DNA from: Myxococcota bacterium
GTDB lineage: Bacteria; Myxococcota_A; UBA9160; SZUA-336
Assembly: GCA_965247115.1 (NCBI GenBank)
Contig: CBDFGR010000002.1
Span: forward strand, 192,001-256,000
Length of the DNA: 64,000 nucleotides
Reading direction: 5' to 3'
The position numbers were made by a program, and so were the translations under genes. Below the pieces are notes generated by a model, which was not told where the DNA came from, made no database searches, and worked only from the letters and a program-made list of their open reading frames with translations. Positions 1-9,280 of the stretch are shown in pieces. Numbering within the stretch: position 1 is the first letter of the stretch; every line of letters begins with the position of its first letter.

Positions 1-1632
1 CTCGCTCCCGGCGACGCTGGCGTGCTGGTCGTGGACGCCGAGGGCTTCCTCATCTACGGCTGGGGCGGCGTCGAGGGCGACGCCGATCGCATGGCGGAGT
101 ATCGCGAGAGTGAGCTGCGCCGCATCCTGCACTTCGAGCAGGCGGCGGATGCGGTGCTGCCGGAATTGGGAATCGCCCCTGCGGCTCCTCCGTTCACGGT
201 CCGCAGCCTCGGCGGAGACAGCCTCACCCTCGAGGAGCTGGGCGGGAAGGTCGTGGTTCTCGTCTTCTTCCTGCCCAGCTGCCCGCACTGCCACGAGGCA
301 CTCGCGTACCTCGACCGCCTCGTGCGTGAGCTGGAAAATCCGGACCTCCGCATCGTGGCCGTGAGCCGGAGCAACCGGAGGTACGTGATCGAGGAGATGG
401 CCGAGACCCTGGACCTGAAGCTCGCGCTCTACACGGATCCAGGGGGTACCGCGGCTCGAGACTACGCCCACCGCCTGTCGGTGCCCGATACCCTCGTGAT
501 CGACCGCGAGGGCCGCGTCGTCATGCGGCAGCGCGGCTCCGGCGGACGCGTCTATGCCCTGCTCGGCATGCAGGTCAGGCAGGCCCTTGGTGTGCCGAAC
601 CCGATCGTGCTGGACAAGAACGGCTACAGTGGGGGGGAATTCTGCGCGGTCTGCCATGCGGGGGAGCGCACGACCTGGCAGCTCACGAACCACGCTCACG
701 CCTTCGAGACCCTGATCGAGCACGGCGAGGAGCGAAACGCGGAGTGCCTGCCGTGTCACACCGTCGGCTGGGGCGAGCCGGGCGGGTTCGGCGCTGCGAG
801 CCGGTACGCCCACCTCGAGGGCGTGCAGTGCGAGAACTGCCACGGTCGGGGTGGGCCGCACCAGTCGCCACAGTTCGCCAAGGTCAGCCTCGAGAAGACC
901 TGCGCGGGCTGTCACACGCCCGAGCACTCGCTGCGCTTCAACTTCGCCGAGAGGCTGCCGCTGATCTCGCACTCCGCGAACGTGCGCTTCGCCGCCCTAT
1001 CGCTTGAAGAGCGCAAGAAGCTGCTCAAGGAGAAGGACCTGCGCGAGCGAAGCTTGTTCGAGACTGCCGACTACGTGGGCTCCGAGACCTGCCAGACATG
1101 TCACGCCAAGGAGCACGCGCTCTGGTCCGAGTCGGCGCACGCGACGGCCTTGCAGACGCTCGAGTCCTCCAAGGAGGCGGAGAACTCCGAGTGTCAGAGC
1201 TGCCATACGACCGGCTTCGGCGAGCCCTCGGGCTGGCCCGCGAGCTCAGCGCTCGAAGGAGTCGGCTGCGAGAGCTGCCACGGCCCCGGCGGAAGGCACG
1301 CCGAGGACGGCGCGCGCGACGGGATCCTGCGACTCACCGAGAAGTGCGAGACGTGCGTACTGCTCCAGATCTGTGGCTCCTGCCACGACGAGGCGAACGA
1401 CCCGGGCTTCGAGTTCGAGCTGATGGACAAGCTGGAGCTGATCCGACACGGCTTCCGGGAGCCAAGGGTTACTGTGGGACCCGGTCCGCGGGCGGCCGCG
1501 GACCACCCACCTTCGCTCGCCTTTGGCTCGCTGCGCGCCGTCGCCTCTGGCGACGGCTTGCGGGCTGCCCCGCGGTACCCACCTTCGCGCGCCTTCGCTC
1601 ATGGCGACGGGTTGCGGGTGGGGGCGCGCTGA
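1..1632 (+). CDS. TlpA/redoxin-domain plus multiheme cytochrome c (c554-like) fusion protein, 5' partial
   Basis: Frame open from base 1; redoxin fold signature (GKVVVLVFF..CPHC..VPDTLVIDREG) then 8 CxxCH motifs (CAVCH, CLPCH, CENCH, CAGCH, CQTCH, CQSCH, CESCH, CGSCH) in two tetraheme repeats. Confidence 0.85.
   Translation, partial: LAPGDAGVLVVDAEGFLIYGWGGVEGDADRMAEYRESELRRILHFEQAADAVLPELGIAPAAPPFTVRSLGGDSLTLEELGGKVVVLVFFLPSCPHCHEALAYLDRLVRELENPDLRIVAVSRSNRRYVIEEMAETLDLKLALYTDPGGTAARDYAHRLSVPDTLVIDREGRVVMRQRGSGGRVYALLGMQVRQALGVPNPIVLDKNGYSGGEFCAVCHAGERTTWQLTNHAHAFETLIEHGEERNAECLPCHTVGWGEPGGFGAASRYAHLEGVQCENCHGRGGPHQSPQFAKVSLEKTCAGCHTPEHSLRFNFAERLPLISHSANVRFAALSLEERKKLLKEKDLRERSLFETADYVGSETCQTCHAKEHALWSESAHATALQTLESSKEAENSECQSCHTTGFGEPSGWPASSALEGVGCESCHGPGGRHAEDGARDGILRLTEKCETCVLLQICGSCHDEANDPGFEFELMDKLELIRHGFREPRVTVGPGPRAAADHPPSLAFGSLRAVASGDGLRAAPRYPPSRAFAHGDGLRVGAR
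1473..1623. repeat. REP-like palindromic element, copy 1 plus a partial second unit, inside the 3' end of the cytochrome CDS
   Basis: TGTGGGACCC-GGTCCGCGG-GCGG-CCGCGGACC-ACCCACCTTCGC..., related to 27808-27899; CCCACCTTCGC recurs at 1506 and 1578. Confidence 0.75.
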
Positions 1633-1635
1633 CTC

Positions 1636-2427
1636 ATGCCAGGGGAACGTGGTGAGATTTTGGGGCGGATTCGGGAGTCGTTGCGGGAGCTGGGGGAGGA
1701 GGGGATCGAGTTTGTGGGACGCGGGGCGGCGCGGGCTCGGAGCGTGCGGCGGGAGCCGCGGCGCGCGGCGGAGCCGCGTTCTCCGGAGCGGGGGGCGTTT
1801 CGGCCGCGTGTGGCGGCGCTTGCGGAGCCGACCGAGCTTTCCGCAGCCGCCGCGGAGAAGGCCGCGGAGCTGGCGCGGATTCGGGAGGACCTGGGGGAGT
1901 GCACGCGCTGCTCGCTCTGCGAGCAGCGACGCAGCATCGTGTTCGGCGAGGGGAACCCTGCGGCACCGGTCGTCTTTGTGGGCGAGGGGCCGGGTGCGGA
2001 CGAGGATCGTTCGGGCAGGCCGTTCGTCGGGAGGGCGGGCGAGCTGCTCTCGAAAATCGTTCTGAGTGTCGGCTGGACACGCGAGGACGTCTACATCTGC
2101 AACGTGGTCAAGTGCAGGCCGCCGGGGAACCGCGATCCGCGGCCGCCGGAGGTAGCCACGTGTCGCCCCTTCCTGGAGCGCCAGCTCCTGGCGATTCGGC
2201 CGGAGGTGATCGTTACGCTGGGCAAGCCGGCCGCGAGCACGCTGCTCGGTCGCCAGGTCGCCATCACGAAAACGCGGGGGATCTGGCAGGAGTGGAATGG
2301 CATCCCGCTCATGCCGACCTACCACCCGGCGTACCTGCTGCGCAACTACACGCGCGAGGCTCGCCAGGCAGTTTGGGATGACCTGCGAGCCGTGCGCGCA
2401 CGTGTCTCCGAAAGCCAGGGCGAGTAG
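1636..2427 (+). CDS. udg: Uracil-DNA glycosylase, family 4 (4Fe-4S)
   Basis: CTRCSLC, VGEGPGADED, PFVGRAG, NVVKCRPPGNR and YHPAYLLR motifs. Confidence 0.93.
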   Translation: MPGERGEILGRIRESLRELGEEGIEFVGRGAARARSVRREPRRAAEPRSPERGAFRPRVAALAEPTELSAAAAEKAAELARIREDLGECTRCSLCEQRRSIVFGEGNPAAPVVFVGEGPGADEDRSGRPFVGRAGELLSKIVLSVGWTREDVYICNVVKCRPPGNRDPRPPEVATCRPFLERQLLAIRPEVIVTLGKPAASTLLGRQVAITKTRGIWQEWNGIPLMPTYHPAYLLRNYTREARQAVWDDLRAVRARVSESQGE

Positions 2428-3682
2428 CACCGCGACGTTGCTCAGCGCCTGCATGCTGCTGGCGCTCCCGCTGCGAGCCGACGAGCTTCGCGTCGGGCTC
2501 GGCAGCGCACCGCTTCCGACGCCCGACGGAGGCGTGCTGGCGGGCTACGCCTCCTTCTCCGACCGGCGTGCGACGGGGATCTGGGGACAGCCCGAGGCAC
2601 GTGCGATCGTCGTCGACACGCCTGCGCTACGCGTCGGGCTCGTCGCGCTGGACATTCTGATTCCGCGCCCGGCTCTGCGCGAGTCCCTGGGTGCCGACGG
2701 CCAGGAGCTGGGCCTGGACCTGCTGGTCGTCGTCGCCACGCACACTCATTCGGGCCCCGGCGGCTACATGCCAGGCTTTGTGCCGGAGCGCGTGTCGATG
2801 GGGAGCTTTCGTCCCGGAGCTGTCGCGGACCTGCGTCGGGCCGCGCTACGGGCGCTTGCCGGGGCCGTGTCGGATCTGGCACCGGCTCGTGTTTCCAGCG
2901 GGATTGCACGAGCTCAGCTGTCCGCGAACCGTCGGTCGGCGGACGGCGGACGGGAAACCGCCCTGCCCTTGCTGCGCTTTGACTTCGCCGCCCGCGCTCC
3001 CATCGTGCTCTTTGCGTACGGCACCCACCCGGTCGTGCTCCCGCCGAGCTCCCTTTGGTACTCGGCCGACTTCCCCGGTCGTTCGCGCGCCTGGCTCGAG
3101 GAGCGAGGCTGGCGCGCGCTGTTCGTGCCCGGTCCGCTGGGAGATCAGGCGCCCACGAGCAGCCTGGGCCCGCTCTGGCCAGATACGCTGGAAGCGCAGC
3201 GCGCGCAGGCGAACGAGATCGGCGCAGCGCTGGGTCGGGCGGTCCTCGCGGGGCTCGGTGAGCTGCCGCCGTCGGGACGGGCGGAGCTGCAGGCGGTCGA
3301 GTCCGTGGTCCAGGCCCCGCCGTCAGACCTGCGTCGTTTCTGTCCGCTCTGGTGGCTCGGCCCGTTGAGCCGACGAGCGCTCGACCGCGAACTCTCCCGC
3401 AGCGTGCCAATCGTGGCGGTTCGGGTCGGACGCGCCGTGCTGCTCGCACTCCCCGCCGAGCCGGTCTCTGGCCTGGGGGACGAGATCCGAGCTCAGGTGG
3501 ATCCAGGCCTCGACGCGTTCGTGATCGCCCACGCGAACGACTGGATCGGCTACGCGGTCACCGAGCAGGATTACGCGGCCGGTAGCTACGAGGCCTGCAT
3601 GTCCTTTCACGGCTCGGGCTTCGGCCCCTGGCTCGTGCGGGCCGCGGGCCAGACGCTGCGGTTGCTACACTCGACTCCGTGA
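2402..3682 (+). CDS. Neutral/alkaline ceramidase-like secreted hydrolase
   Basis: ATHTHSGPG motif, HPVVL, SADFPG and ANDWIGY; signal-peptide-like N-terminus; start uncertain (2402 or 2453). Confidence 0.7.
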   Translation: MSPKARASSTATLLSACMLLALPLRADELRVGLGSAPLPTPDGGVLAGYASFSDRRATGIWGQPEARAIVVDTPALRVGLVALDILIPRPALRESLGADGQELGLDLLVVVATHTHSGPGGYMPGFVPERVSMGSFRPGAVADLRRAALRALAGAVSDLAPARVSSGIARAQLSANRRSADGGRETALPLLRFDFAARAPIVLFAYGTHPVVLPPSSLWYSADFPGRSRAWLEERGWRALFVPGPLGDQAPTSSLGPLWPDTLEAQRAQANEIGAALGRAVLAGLGELPPSGRAELQAVESVVQAPPSDLRRFCPLWWLGPLSRRALDRELSRSVPIVAVRVGRAVLLALPAEPVSGLGDEIRAQVDPGLDAFVIAHANDWIGYAVTEQDYAAGSYEACMSFHGSGFGPWLVRAAGQTLRLLHSTP

Positions 3683-4497
3683 GCCGCGCGGACACCGAAC
3701 TGCCGGTCCTCTGCGGGATCGTCTTGCACCCCGCCGGCCACACGCTGTCTCCCCTATTACACCAAACTGCGTACGATGCGCTGGGTATCCGCGCGCGGTA
3801 CCTGGCCTTCGACGTGACGAGTGAGAATCTCGCTGCCGCTATTGCAGGCATGCGCGCGCTCGGAATCCGCCAGCTCTCGGTCTCGCTCCCGCACAAGGAA
3901 GCCGTGCTCGCACTCGCCGATCGCGCGAGCGAGCACGCGCGGCGGATCGGCGCCGCGAATACACTGACACGTGTTGGAGACGAGATCGTGGCCGACAACA
4001 CCGATTGGCTGGGTGTACGCAAGACGCTGGACGCCCTGGAGGATTGGCCAGGCAAGCGCGCGACCGTCGTAGGCGCCGGGGGAGCCGCACGAGCGGTGGT
4101 CTACGCGCTTCGCGCGCTGGAGCTCGAAGTCACCGTTGTGAACCGCAGCACAGAGCGGGCGGAACGGCTCGCCGCGGAGCTCGGGGCGAGCGTAGGCACG
4201 CTCGACGACCCCTGGGATCTGCTGGTCAACACAACCCCGCTCGGGATGGATCCCAACGCGGACACGACCCCGGTCAAAGCGGAGCGCCTGGCCCCCGGCA
4301 CCCTCGTCTTCGACACGGTCTACCGACCGCTCGAGACGCGCCTCCTGCGCGAAGCGCGGACCCGCGGCTGCCGGACCCAGGATGGCCTCGACATGCTCGT
4401 CCACCAGGCCCGAGAGCAGCTCCGCTTGTGGTGCGGCCGAGCCCCAGACCCCGCTCCCCTACGCCGCGCCGCCCTGGAGGCGCTGAACACCGGCTAG
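3679..4497 (+). CDS. aroE: Shikimate dehydrogenase
   Basis: HTLSP, SLPHK, GAANTL, DNTD, GAGGAARA, NTTPLGM and GLDMLVHQA motifs. Confidence 0.93.
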   Translation: MSRADTELPVLCGIVLHPAGHTLSPLLHQTAYDALGIRARYLAFDVTSENLAAAIAGMRALGIRQLSVSLPHKEAVLALADRASEHARRIGAANTLTRVGDEIVADNTDWLGVRKTLDALEDWPGKRATVVGAGGAARAVVYALRALELEVTVVNRSTERAERLAAELGASVGTLDDPWDLLVNTTPLGMDPNADTTPVKAERLAPGTLVFDTVYRPLETRLLREARTRGCRTQDGLDMLVHQAREQLRLWCGRAPDPAPLRRAALEALNTG

Positions 4498-5615
4498 ATG
4501 TTCAGGAGCTGGGCGACCCGTTCGCGGTGTTGCGTGGGATCCCCGAAGGTCACCTCGATCGCCTTGGCGCGCTTGAAGTAGAGGTGACAGTCGTACTCCC
4601 AGGTAAAGCCGACCCCGCCATGGATCTGGATGTTCTCCGCTGAGCAGTGACGGTACGCATCGCTGGTATAGGCCTTGGCCATCGACGCCGCGAGCGGCGC
4701 CTCGCCAATGCCCTCGGAGTACGCCCAGGCGGCGTAGTACGTGATCGACTTGGAGGACTCGACCTCGATCAGCATGTCCGCGCACTTGTGCTTGATGGCC
4801 TGATTCACGCCGATCGGCTTGCCGAACTGGATCCGCTCCTTGGCGTACGCGACGGAGTCGTCCAACACCTTCTGGGCGCCGCCGACGGCTTCCGCCGAGA
4901 GCGCCACGAGCGCACCCGTCCGGACCTTCTCCCAGGTCGACCAGCCCTGGTTGAGCCTGCCGAGCAGCTTTGCTGGAGTCCCGTCGAAGGTCACCTCCGC
5001 GAGGCGGCGGGTCATATCCATGGACTGAAGGGGGGTGATCGCCAGGCCGGCAGCGCCCTTGTCGACCTGCAGAAGCGAGATACCCGCCTCGCCCTCACCG
5101 CCGCTGCGAGCGGCGACGATCAGCGTGTCGGCGTTCTGGGCGTCGGGCACGAACAGCTTGGTGCCGCTCAGCCGATAGCCGTCGCCGGTCCCTTCCGCGC
5201 GCGTCGCGACGTCGTTCGCCTGCTCCGTCCCTGCCGCCTCGGTGATCGCGAAGCTCAGAACGCGGTTGCCGGCGGCGACATCGGTCAGGAGCTCCTTCTT
5301 CGTGGGCTCGTTGCCCGCGTCGAGGACCGCGAGCGTACCGAGCAGGTTCGCGAAGAAGGGCGAGGGCAGCACGGCTCGGCCCATCTCCTCGAGGATGACC
5401 ACGAGGTCGACGAAGCCAAGCTCCGCACCCCCGTACTCCTCGGGGATGAGCAGTCCGGTCCAGCCGAGCTCTGCCATCTTCTTCCACATGTCCGGCGAAT
5501 AGCCGGGCTCGGCCTCCATCAGCTCGCGGACGATGGTCGACGGACACTCGTTCTCCAGGAACTCACGAGCCGTGGTGCGGAGGAATTCCTGCTCTTCTGT
5601 GAAGCCAAAGTTCAT
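4494..5615 (-). CDS. Acyl-CoA dehydrogenase
   Basis: MNFGFTEEQ start, IPEEYGG, YAKERIQFGKPIG and IQIHGGVGFTWEYD motifs. Confidence 0.92.
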   Translation of the reverse strand: MNFGFTEEQEFLRTTAREFLENECPSTIVRELMEAEPGYSPDMWKKMAELGWTGLLIPEEYGGAELGFVDLVVILEEMGRAVLPSPFFANLLGTLAVLDAGNEPTKKELLTDVAAGNRVLSFAITEAAGTEQANDVATRAEGTGDGYRLSGTKLFVPDAQNADTLIVAARSGGEGEAGISLLQVDKGAAGLAITPLQSMDMTRRLAEVTFDGTPAKLLGRLNQGWSTWEKVRTGALVALSAEAVGGAQKVLDDSVAYAKERIQFGKPIGVNQAIKHKCADMLIEVESSKSITYYAAWAYSEGIGEAPLAASMAKAYTSDAYRHCSAENIQIHGGVGFTWEYDCHLYFKRAKAIEVTFGDPTQHRERVAQLLNI

Positions 5616-5810
5616 TGGGGGGACATCTCCTAGGCCGACGGACGAGTCTATCGCGCGCTCGAAATCGCGGTCAAACGACCCCAGCGCCCCAGCGCACTGG
5701 CTGGCGGGGCGGCGTCGGAGGAAATAAAGTTGCACCCTGATCTCTCGTTGAGAGACCTGGAGTTTTGCGTGTTCCCGCGCAGGGATTGCACCGAATCGGA
5801 GGTTTCCCGC

Positions 5811-6536
5811 ATGCACAACGTTCTCGCCAGAGTCGCAGTCCTGGCCCTGCTGCTCGGCACGGCGGCTTGCCAGCCAGCGGGGTCCGCCGCTGATCTGCAG
5901 GAGATCAAACGGGTGCAGGCGGATATCCTCGAGCGGCTCATCGCGATGGAAAAGAAACTCCCAACGGCGCAGGCGCGGGCCCAGCGACCCGAGGAGGAGT
6001 TCGATCGCGTTTACACGATCGAGGTCGGCAAGGCGCCCATCCGGGGCAATCCGAACGCCTCAGTCACCATCGTCGAGTACTCCGACTTCCAGTGTCCCTT
6101 CTGCGCGCGCGCCCAGCCGATCCTGGAAGCGGTCCTCGAGAAGTACCCGGATGACGTGCGACTCGTGTACAAGCACTTCCCGCTGAGCTTCCACAAGGCG
6201 GCCAGGCCGACGGCGATCGCCTCGCTCGCGGCCATGGAGCAGGGCAAGTTCTGGGAAATGCATGACGTCCTGTTTGAAGCCGTCAGCGACCTCGACGCCG
6301 CCAAGATCCAGGAGTACGCCGAGAAGGCAGGCCTGGACATGGAGCGCTTTAATCGCGACATGGAGGCGAACAAGGCGGCCTATGACAGTCTCGTCACCAC
6401 GGACTATCGCAACGGGACCGAGGTCGACGTCCGCGGCACGCCGACGCTCTACGTCAACGGCAAGAAGGTGCGGGTGAGGACGGTCGAGGGCATGAGCGCG
6501 ATGATTGACGCCGCGCTCGAGGCAAAGCCCAGCTAG
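5811..6536 (+). CDS. DsbA-family thioredoxin-fold lipoprotein
   Basis: Lipobox TAAC, EYSDFQCPFC, YKHFPL and GTPT motifs. Confidence 0.88.
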   Translation: MHNVLARVAVLALLLGTAACQPAGSAADLQEIKRVQADILERLIAMEKKLPTAQARAQRPEEEFDRVYTIEVGKAPIRGNPNASVTIVEYSDFQCPFCARAQPILEAVLEKYPDDVRLVYKHFPLSFHKAARPTAIASLAAMEQGKFWEMHDVLFEAVSDLDAAKIQEYAEKAGLDMERFNRDMEANKAAYDSLVTTDYRNGTEVDVRGTPTLYVNGKKVRVRTVEGMSAMIDAALEAKPS

Positions 6537-7231
6537 TCCGCGAGGGCCGCCTGAAACGCGAGGATCCGCCGCGCGTTCGCGCCGAGATCGCCCTGCCCCA
6601 CGCGCGAACGGGAACGCATGTCGACTCGCGAGCCGAGACCTTCCGGCCGAATCCGGATCGCGACGTCGTCCACGAAGTGGAAGATGCGGCTCCTGGCGAT
6701 GGCCTCGATCCGACCGCTGGCGGGCTCCTGTCGTGTCACCTGCCAGCGGGGCATGGCCCGGGCCGTTGCCAGGACCCTGTCGAAAACCTGGGCCGGAGGT
6801 TCGGCCAGCAGAACGGGCTTCACCGCCGGATAGTGCTCGCGCTGCACTTCGGCAAAGTAGGCCAGGGGCTCCTCGGTCTGCAGGGTCGCCCCCGGGGCGG
6901 CCGCCACGTCGAGGGTGAAAAGAGGGCGCTCCTCGAGGTCCGTCGAGATGTCGTTGATCCCGACGTTGCCGGGCCGCGAGAGAAAGACCGCGACCAGAAC
7001 CAGGAGCGGCAGCGTGGCCCCTTTGACAGCGGAGCCGCGCCACGGCTTGGCGGTCACCGTGGCGAAGGCCGCCGCGGCGGCCAGCGTGATGGCCGTCAGC
7101 AGCGACAGGAAAATCGCGATGAAGAATGGGTAGAAGCCGCCGAGGGGCCCCCAGAGTCCAAGGAACGCGCCGAGGGGCGGGATCGTGAGCAGCGCGGCAA
7201 TGACCATGGTCGGGAACATCCAGAGCGACAT
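6533..7231 (-). CDS. DUF1499-family membrane protein
   Basis: Three N-terminal TM segments, INDISTD, FHFVDDVAIR and RSRSRVGQGDLGANARRI motifs. Confidence 0.82.
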   Translation of the reverse strand: MSLWMFPTMVIAALLTIPPLGAFLGLWGPLGGFYPFFIAIFLSLLTAITLAAAAAFATVTAKPWRGSAVKGATLPLLVLVAVFLSRPGNVGINDISTDLEERPLFTLDVAAAPGATLQTEEPLAYFAEVQREHYPAVKPVLLAEPPAQVFDRVLATARAMPRWQVTRQEPASGRIEAIARSRIFHFVDDVAIRIRPEGLGSRVDMRSRSRVGQGDLGANARRILAFQAALAD

Positions 7232-7339
7232 GTCTTTCTCCCGTTCCGTCCGAAGGTCCCATTCTAGTCGGACTCCGATGGACAGTCGTGGCCGCTTGTG
7301 CCGCGCGGGCTCAAGGGTCAGGCTTGCGGCGTACTCCGC

Positions 7340-8260
7340 ATGAACCACGCCCACTCGCACTCACCCACGCCGGGCTCCACCATCCGGGGCCGACTTCGCA
7401 TCGCGTTCGCCTTGACGAGTCTGGTGCTGATCCTGGAGGCGATCGGCGGCTGGCTTACGGGCTCGGTCGCATTGCTTGCGGATGCGGGGCACATGCTCAC
7501 CGACGCTGGAGCGCTCGGGATTGCGTTCTTCGCGGCCTGGATGAGCGAGCGGCCCCGCACCGCCCAGAAGAGCTACGGGTACGGGCGAGTGGAGATCCTG
7601 GCGGCACTTGCCAACGGCCTGTTGCTGGGAGGCGTGAGCGTGGCGGTGGCGTTCGAGTCGATCTCGCGCCTGGGGGAGCGGCAGGACATCGCCGCGGGGC
7701 CGATGCTGGCCGTGGCCGTGATCGGCCTGCTCGCGAATGTCACCTCCGCCATCTTCCTGGCTCCGTCAGCGCGCGAGAACCTGAACGTGCGCGGGGCGTT
7801 CTTCCACGTGATCGGAGATGCGCTGGGGTCGCTCGCGGCGATCGGAGCGGCGCTCTGTCTCTTGCTCTGGGACCTGCACGCGGCGGACGCACTCGCCGGG
7901 CTCTTTATCGCGGCGCTCCTCGTCGCCAGCGCCGCACGTCTGATCCTGGAGTCCGTCGACATTCTTCTCGAGGGGACACCTAGGCACCTCGACCTGGAGG
8001 AGATCGCCGGACGCGTCTTGGCCCTGCCGGGGGTGCTGGCAGTGCACGATCTCCACATCTGGACGGTCACGGCCGGATTCCCGGCGATGAGCGCGCACAT
8101 CGACCTCGAGGCCGGAGCCGATGGCGAGGGCGTACGCCGTGCCGCTCACCAGCTGCTCCATCAGCAATACGCCATCGAGCACACCACGATCCAGACCGAG
8201 GCCGCACCCGGGCTGCTCTCGATCGACCCGCCGTCTTCCGAGCAGTCCCTGGACGGCTGA
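7340..8260 (+). CDS. Cation diffusion facilitator (CzcD/ZitB-like) metal efflux transporter
   Basis: His-rich N-terminus, LLADAGHMLTD, HVIGD and VHDLHIW motifs. Confidence 0.92.
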   Translation: MNHAHSHSPTPGSTIRGRLRIAFALTSLVLILEAIGGWLTGSVALLADAGHMLTDAGALGIAFFAAWMSERPRTAQKSYGYGRVEILAALANGLLLGGVSVAVAFESISRLGERQDIAAGPMLAVAVIGLLANVTSAIFLAPSARENLNVRGAFFHVIGDALGSLAAIGAALCLLLWDLHAADALAGLFIAALLVASAARLILESVDILLEGTPRHLDLEEIAGRVLALPGVLAVHDLHIWTVTAGFPAMSAHIDLEAGADGEGVRRAAHQLLHQQYAIEHTTIQTEAAPGLLSIDPPSSEQSLDG

Positions 8261-8308
8261 AGGCCAGCTCCATGGCTTGGGGCTCTGGGTCCCGATCGAC
8301 CGGGCGGC

Positions 8309-8320
8309 TATAATGCGCCC
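8309..8320 (+). promoter_or_regulatory. Probable sigma70 -10 box with GC-rich discriminator upstream of infA
   Basis: TATAAT at 8309-8314 followed by GCGCCC, about 50 bp before the infA start. Confidence 0.5.
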
Positions 8321-8362
8321 GCGCCAGCAGGGCGCAGCCCGGAAATCGCCAGCGGAGAGTGG

Positions 8363-8614
8363 ATGTCAAAGAAGGACCTCGTTCAGGTCAGCGGTCAGGT
8401 AGAGAAGATCCTGGGGGGTGGCCGTTACCGAGTGAAGCTCGAGAACGGACACGTGATCACGGCGCAGCTCTCTGGTCGCATGCGCCGCTTCCACATCAGG
8501 GTCATCCTGGGAGACCGCGTGCAATGTGGCGTCTCGCCGTACGATCCAACGCACGGCTTCATCACCTACCGCGAGCCTGCGGGCGGACGTACCACGCCAG
8601 CCCGCCAGGGCTAA
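8363..8614 (+). CDS. infA: Translation initiation factor IF-1
   Basis: MSKKDLVQVSG..YRVKLENGHVITAQLSGRMRRFHIRVILGDRV..SPYD. Confidence 0.93.
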   Translation: MSKKDLVQVSGQVEKILGGGRYRVKLENGHVITAQLSGRMRRFHIRVILGDRVQCGVSPYDPTHGFITYREPAGGRTTPARQG

Positions 8615-8663
8615 AGCGGCGCACCACCCGCCTCTCCAGCCTTCACGCCCGGCGCTCCCGGCC

Positions 8664-8703
8664 GCGCTCGACTCTGAGCCCGCTGCGCTCGACTCTGAGC
8701 CCG
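8664..8703. repeat. Tandem direct repeat (21-bp period, 2 copies) between infA and purE
   Basis: GCGCTCGACTCTGAGCCCG at 8664 and 8685. Confidence 0.85.
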
Positions 8704-8752
8704 GGGCCGGGTAGCGTGCTGCTGCCTCGGAGCCTCTCGACGGGAGACGTGC

Positions 8753-9280
8753 ATGAGTTCGAGCGAAGCTGCGCAAACGGTCCTGATCCTGTGCGGAAGT
8801 CCGAGCGACCTCGATCTCGCGCTGGACTGCGAGAACACACTGGACGAGCTCGGGATCCAGAGCGCGATCCGCGTGCTGTCGGCCCACCGCACGCCGGAGG
8901 CCACGGCCGAGTGCGCGAAGAACGCGGAGAAGGAGGGCGTCGGGGTACTGATCACTCTGGCTGGTCTCTCGGCTCAGCTGGCGGGAGTGGCCGCCGCACA
9001 CACCCTGCTCCCCGTCATCGGCGTGCCCCTCGCGGTTGGGCCGCTCAGCGGAGTGGATGCGCTGCTGGCCTCCGCTCAGATGCCCCCCGGCACTCCGGTC
9101 GCGACGGTCGGAATCAATCGCGCAGAGAACGCCGCCATTCTCGCAGGTCGGATCCTGGCCATCTCGCGACCTGAGCTACGCGAGGCTCTAGAGCGAAAGA
9201 GGGCGCGGGATCGGGAGCGCTACGAGCCCGAGCGGGTCCGTTCCGAGCTCGAGAAGAGGCGCGAGTCACGCAAGGGATGA
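8753..9280 (+). CDS. purE: N5-CAIR mutase (PurE family)
   Basis: GSPSD, VLSAHRTPE, TLLPVIGVP and QMPPGTPVATVGI motifs. Confidence 0.9.
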   Translation: MSSSEAAQTVLILCGSPSDLDLALDCENTLDELGIQSAIRVLSAHRTPEATAECAKNAEKEGVGVLITLAGLSAQLAGVAAAHTLLPVIGVPLAVGPLSGVDALLASAQMPPGTPVATVGINRAENAAILAGRILAISRPELREALERKRARDRERYEPERVRSELEKRRESRKG

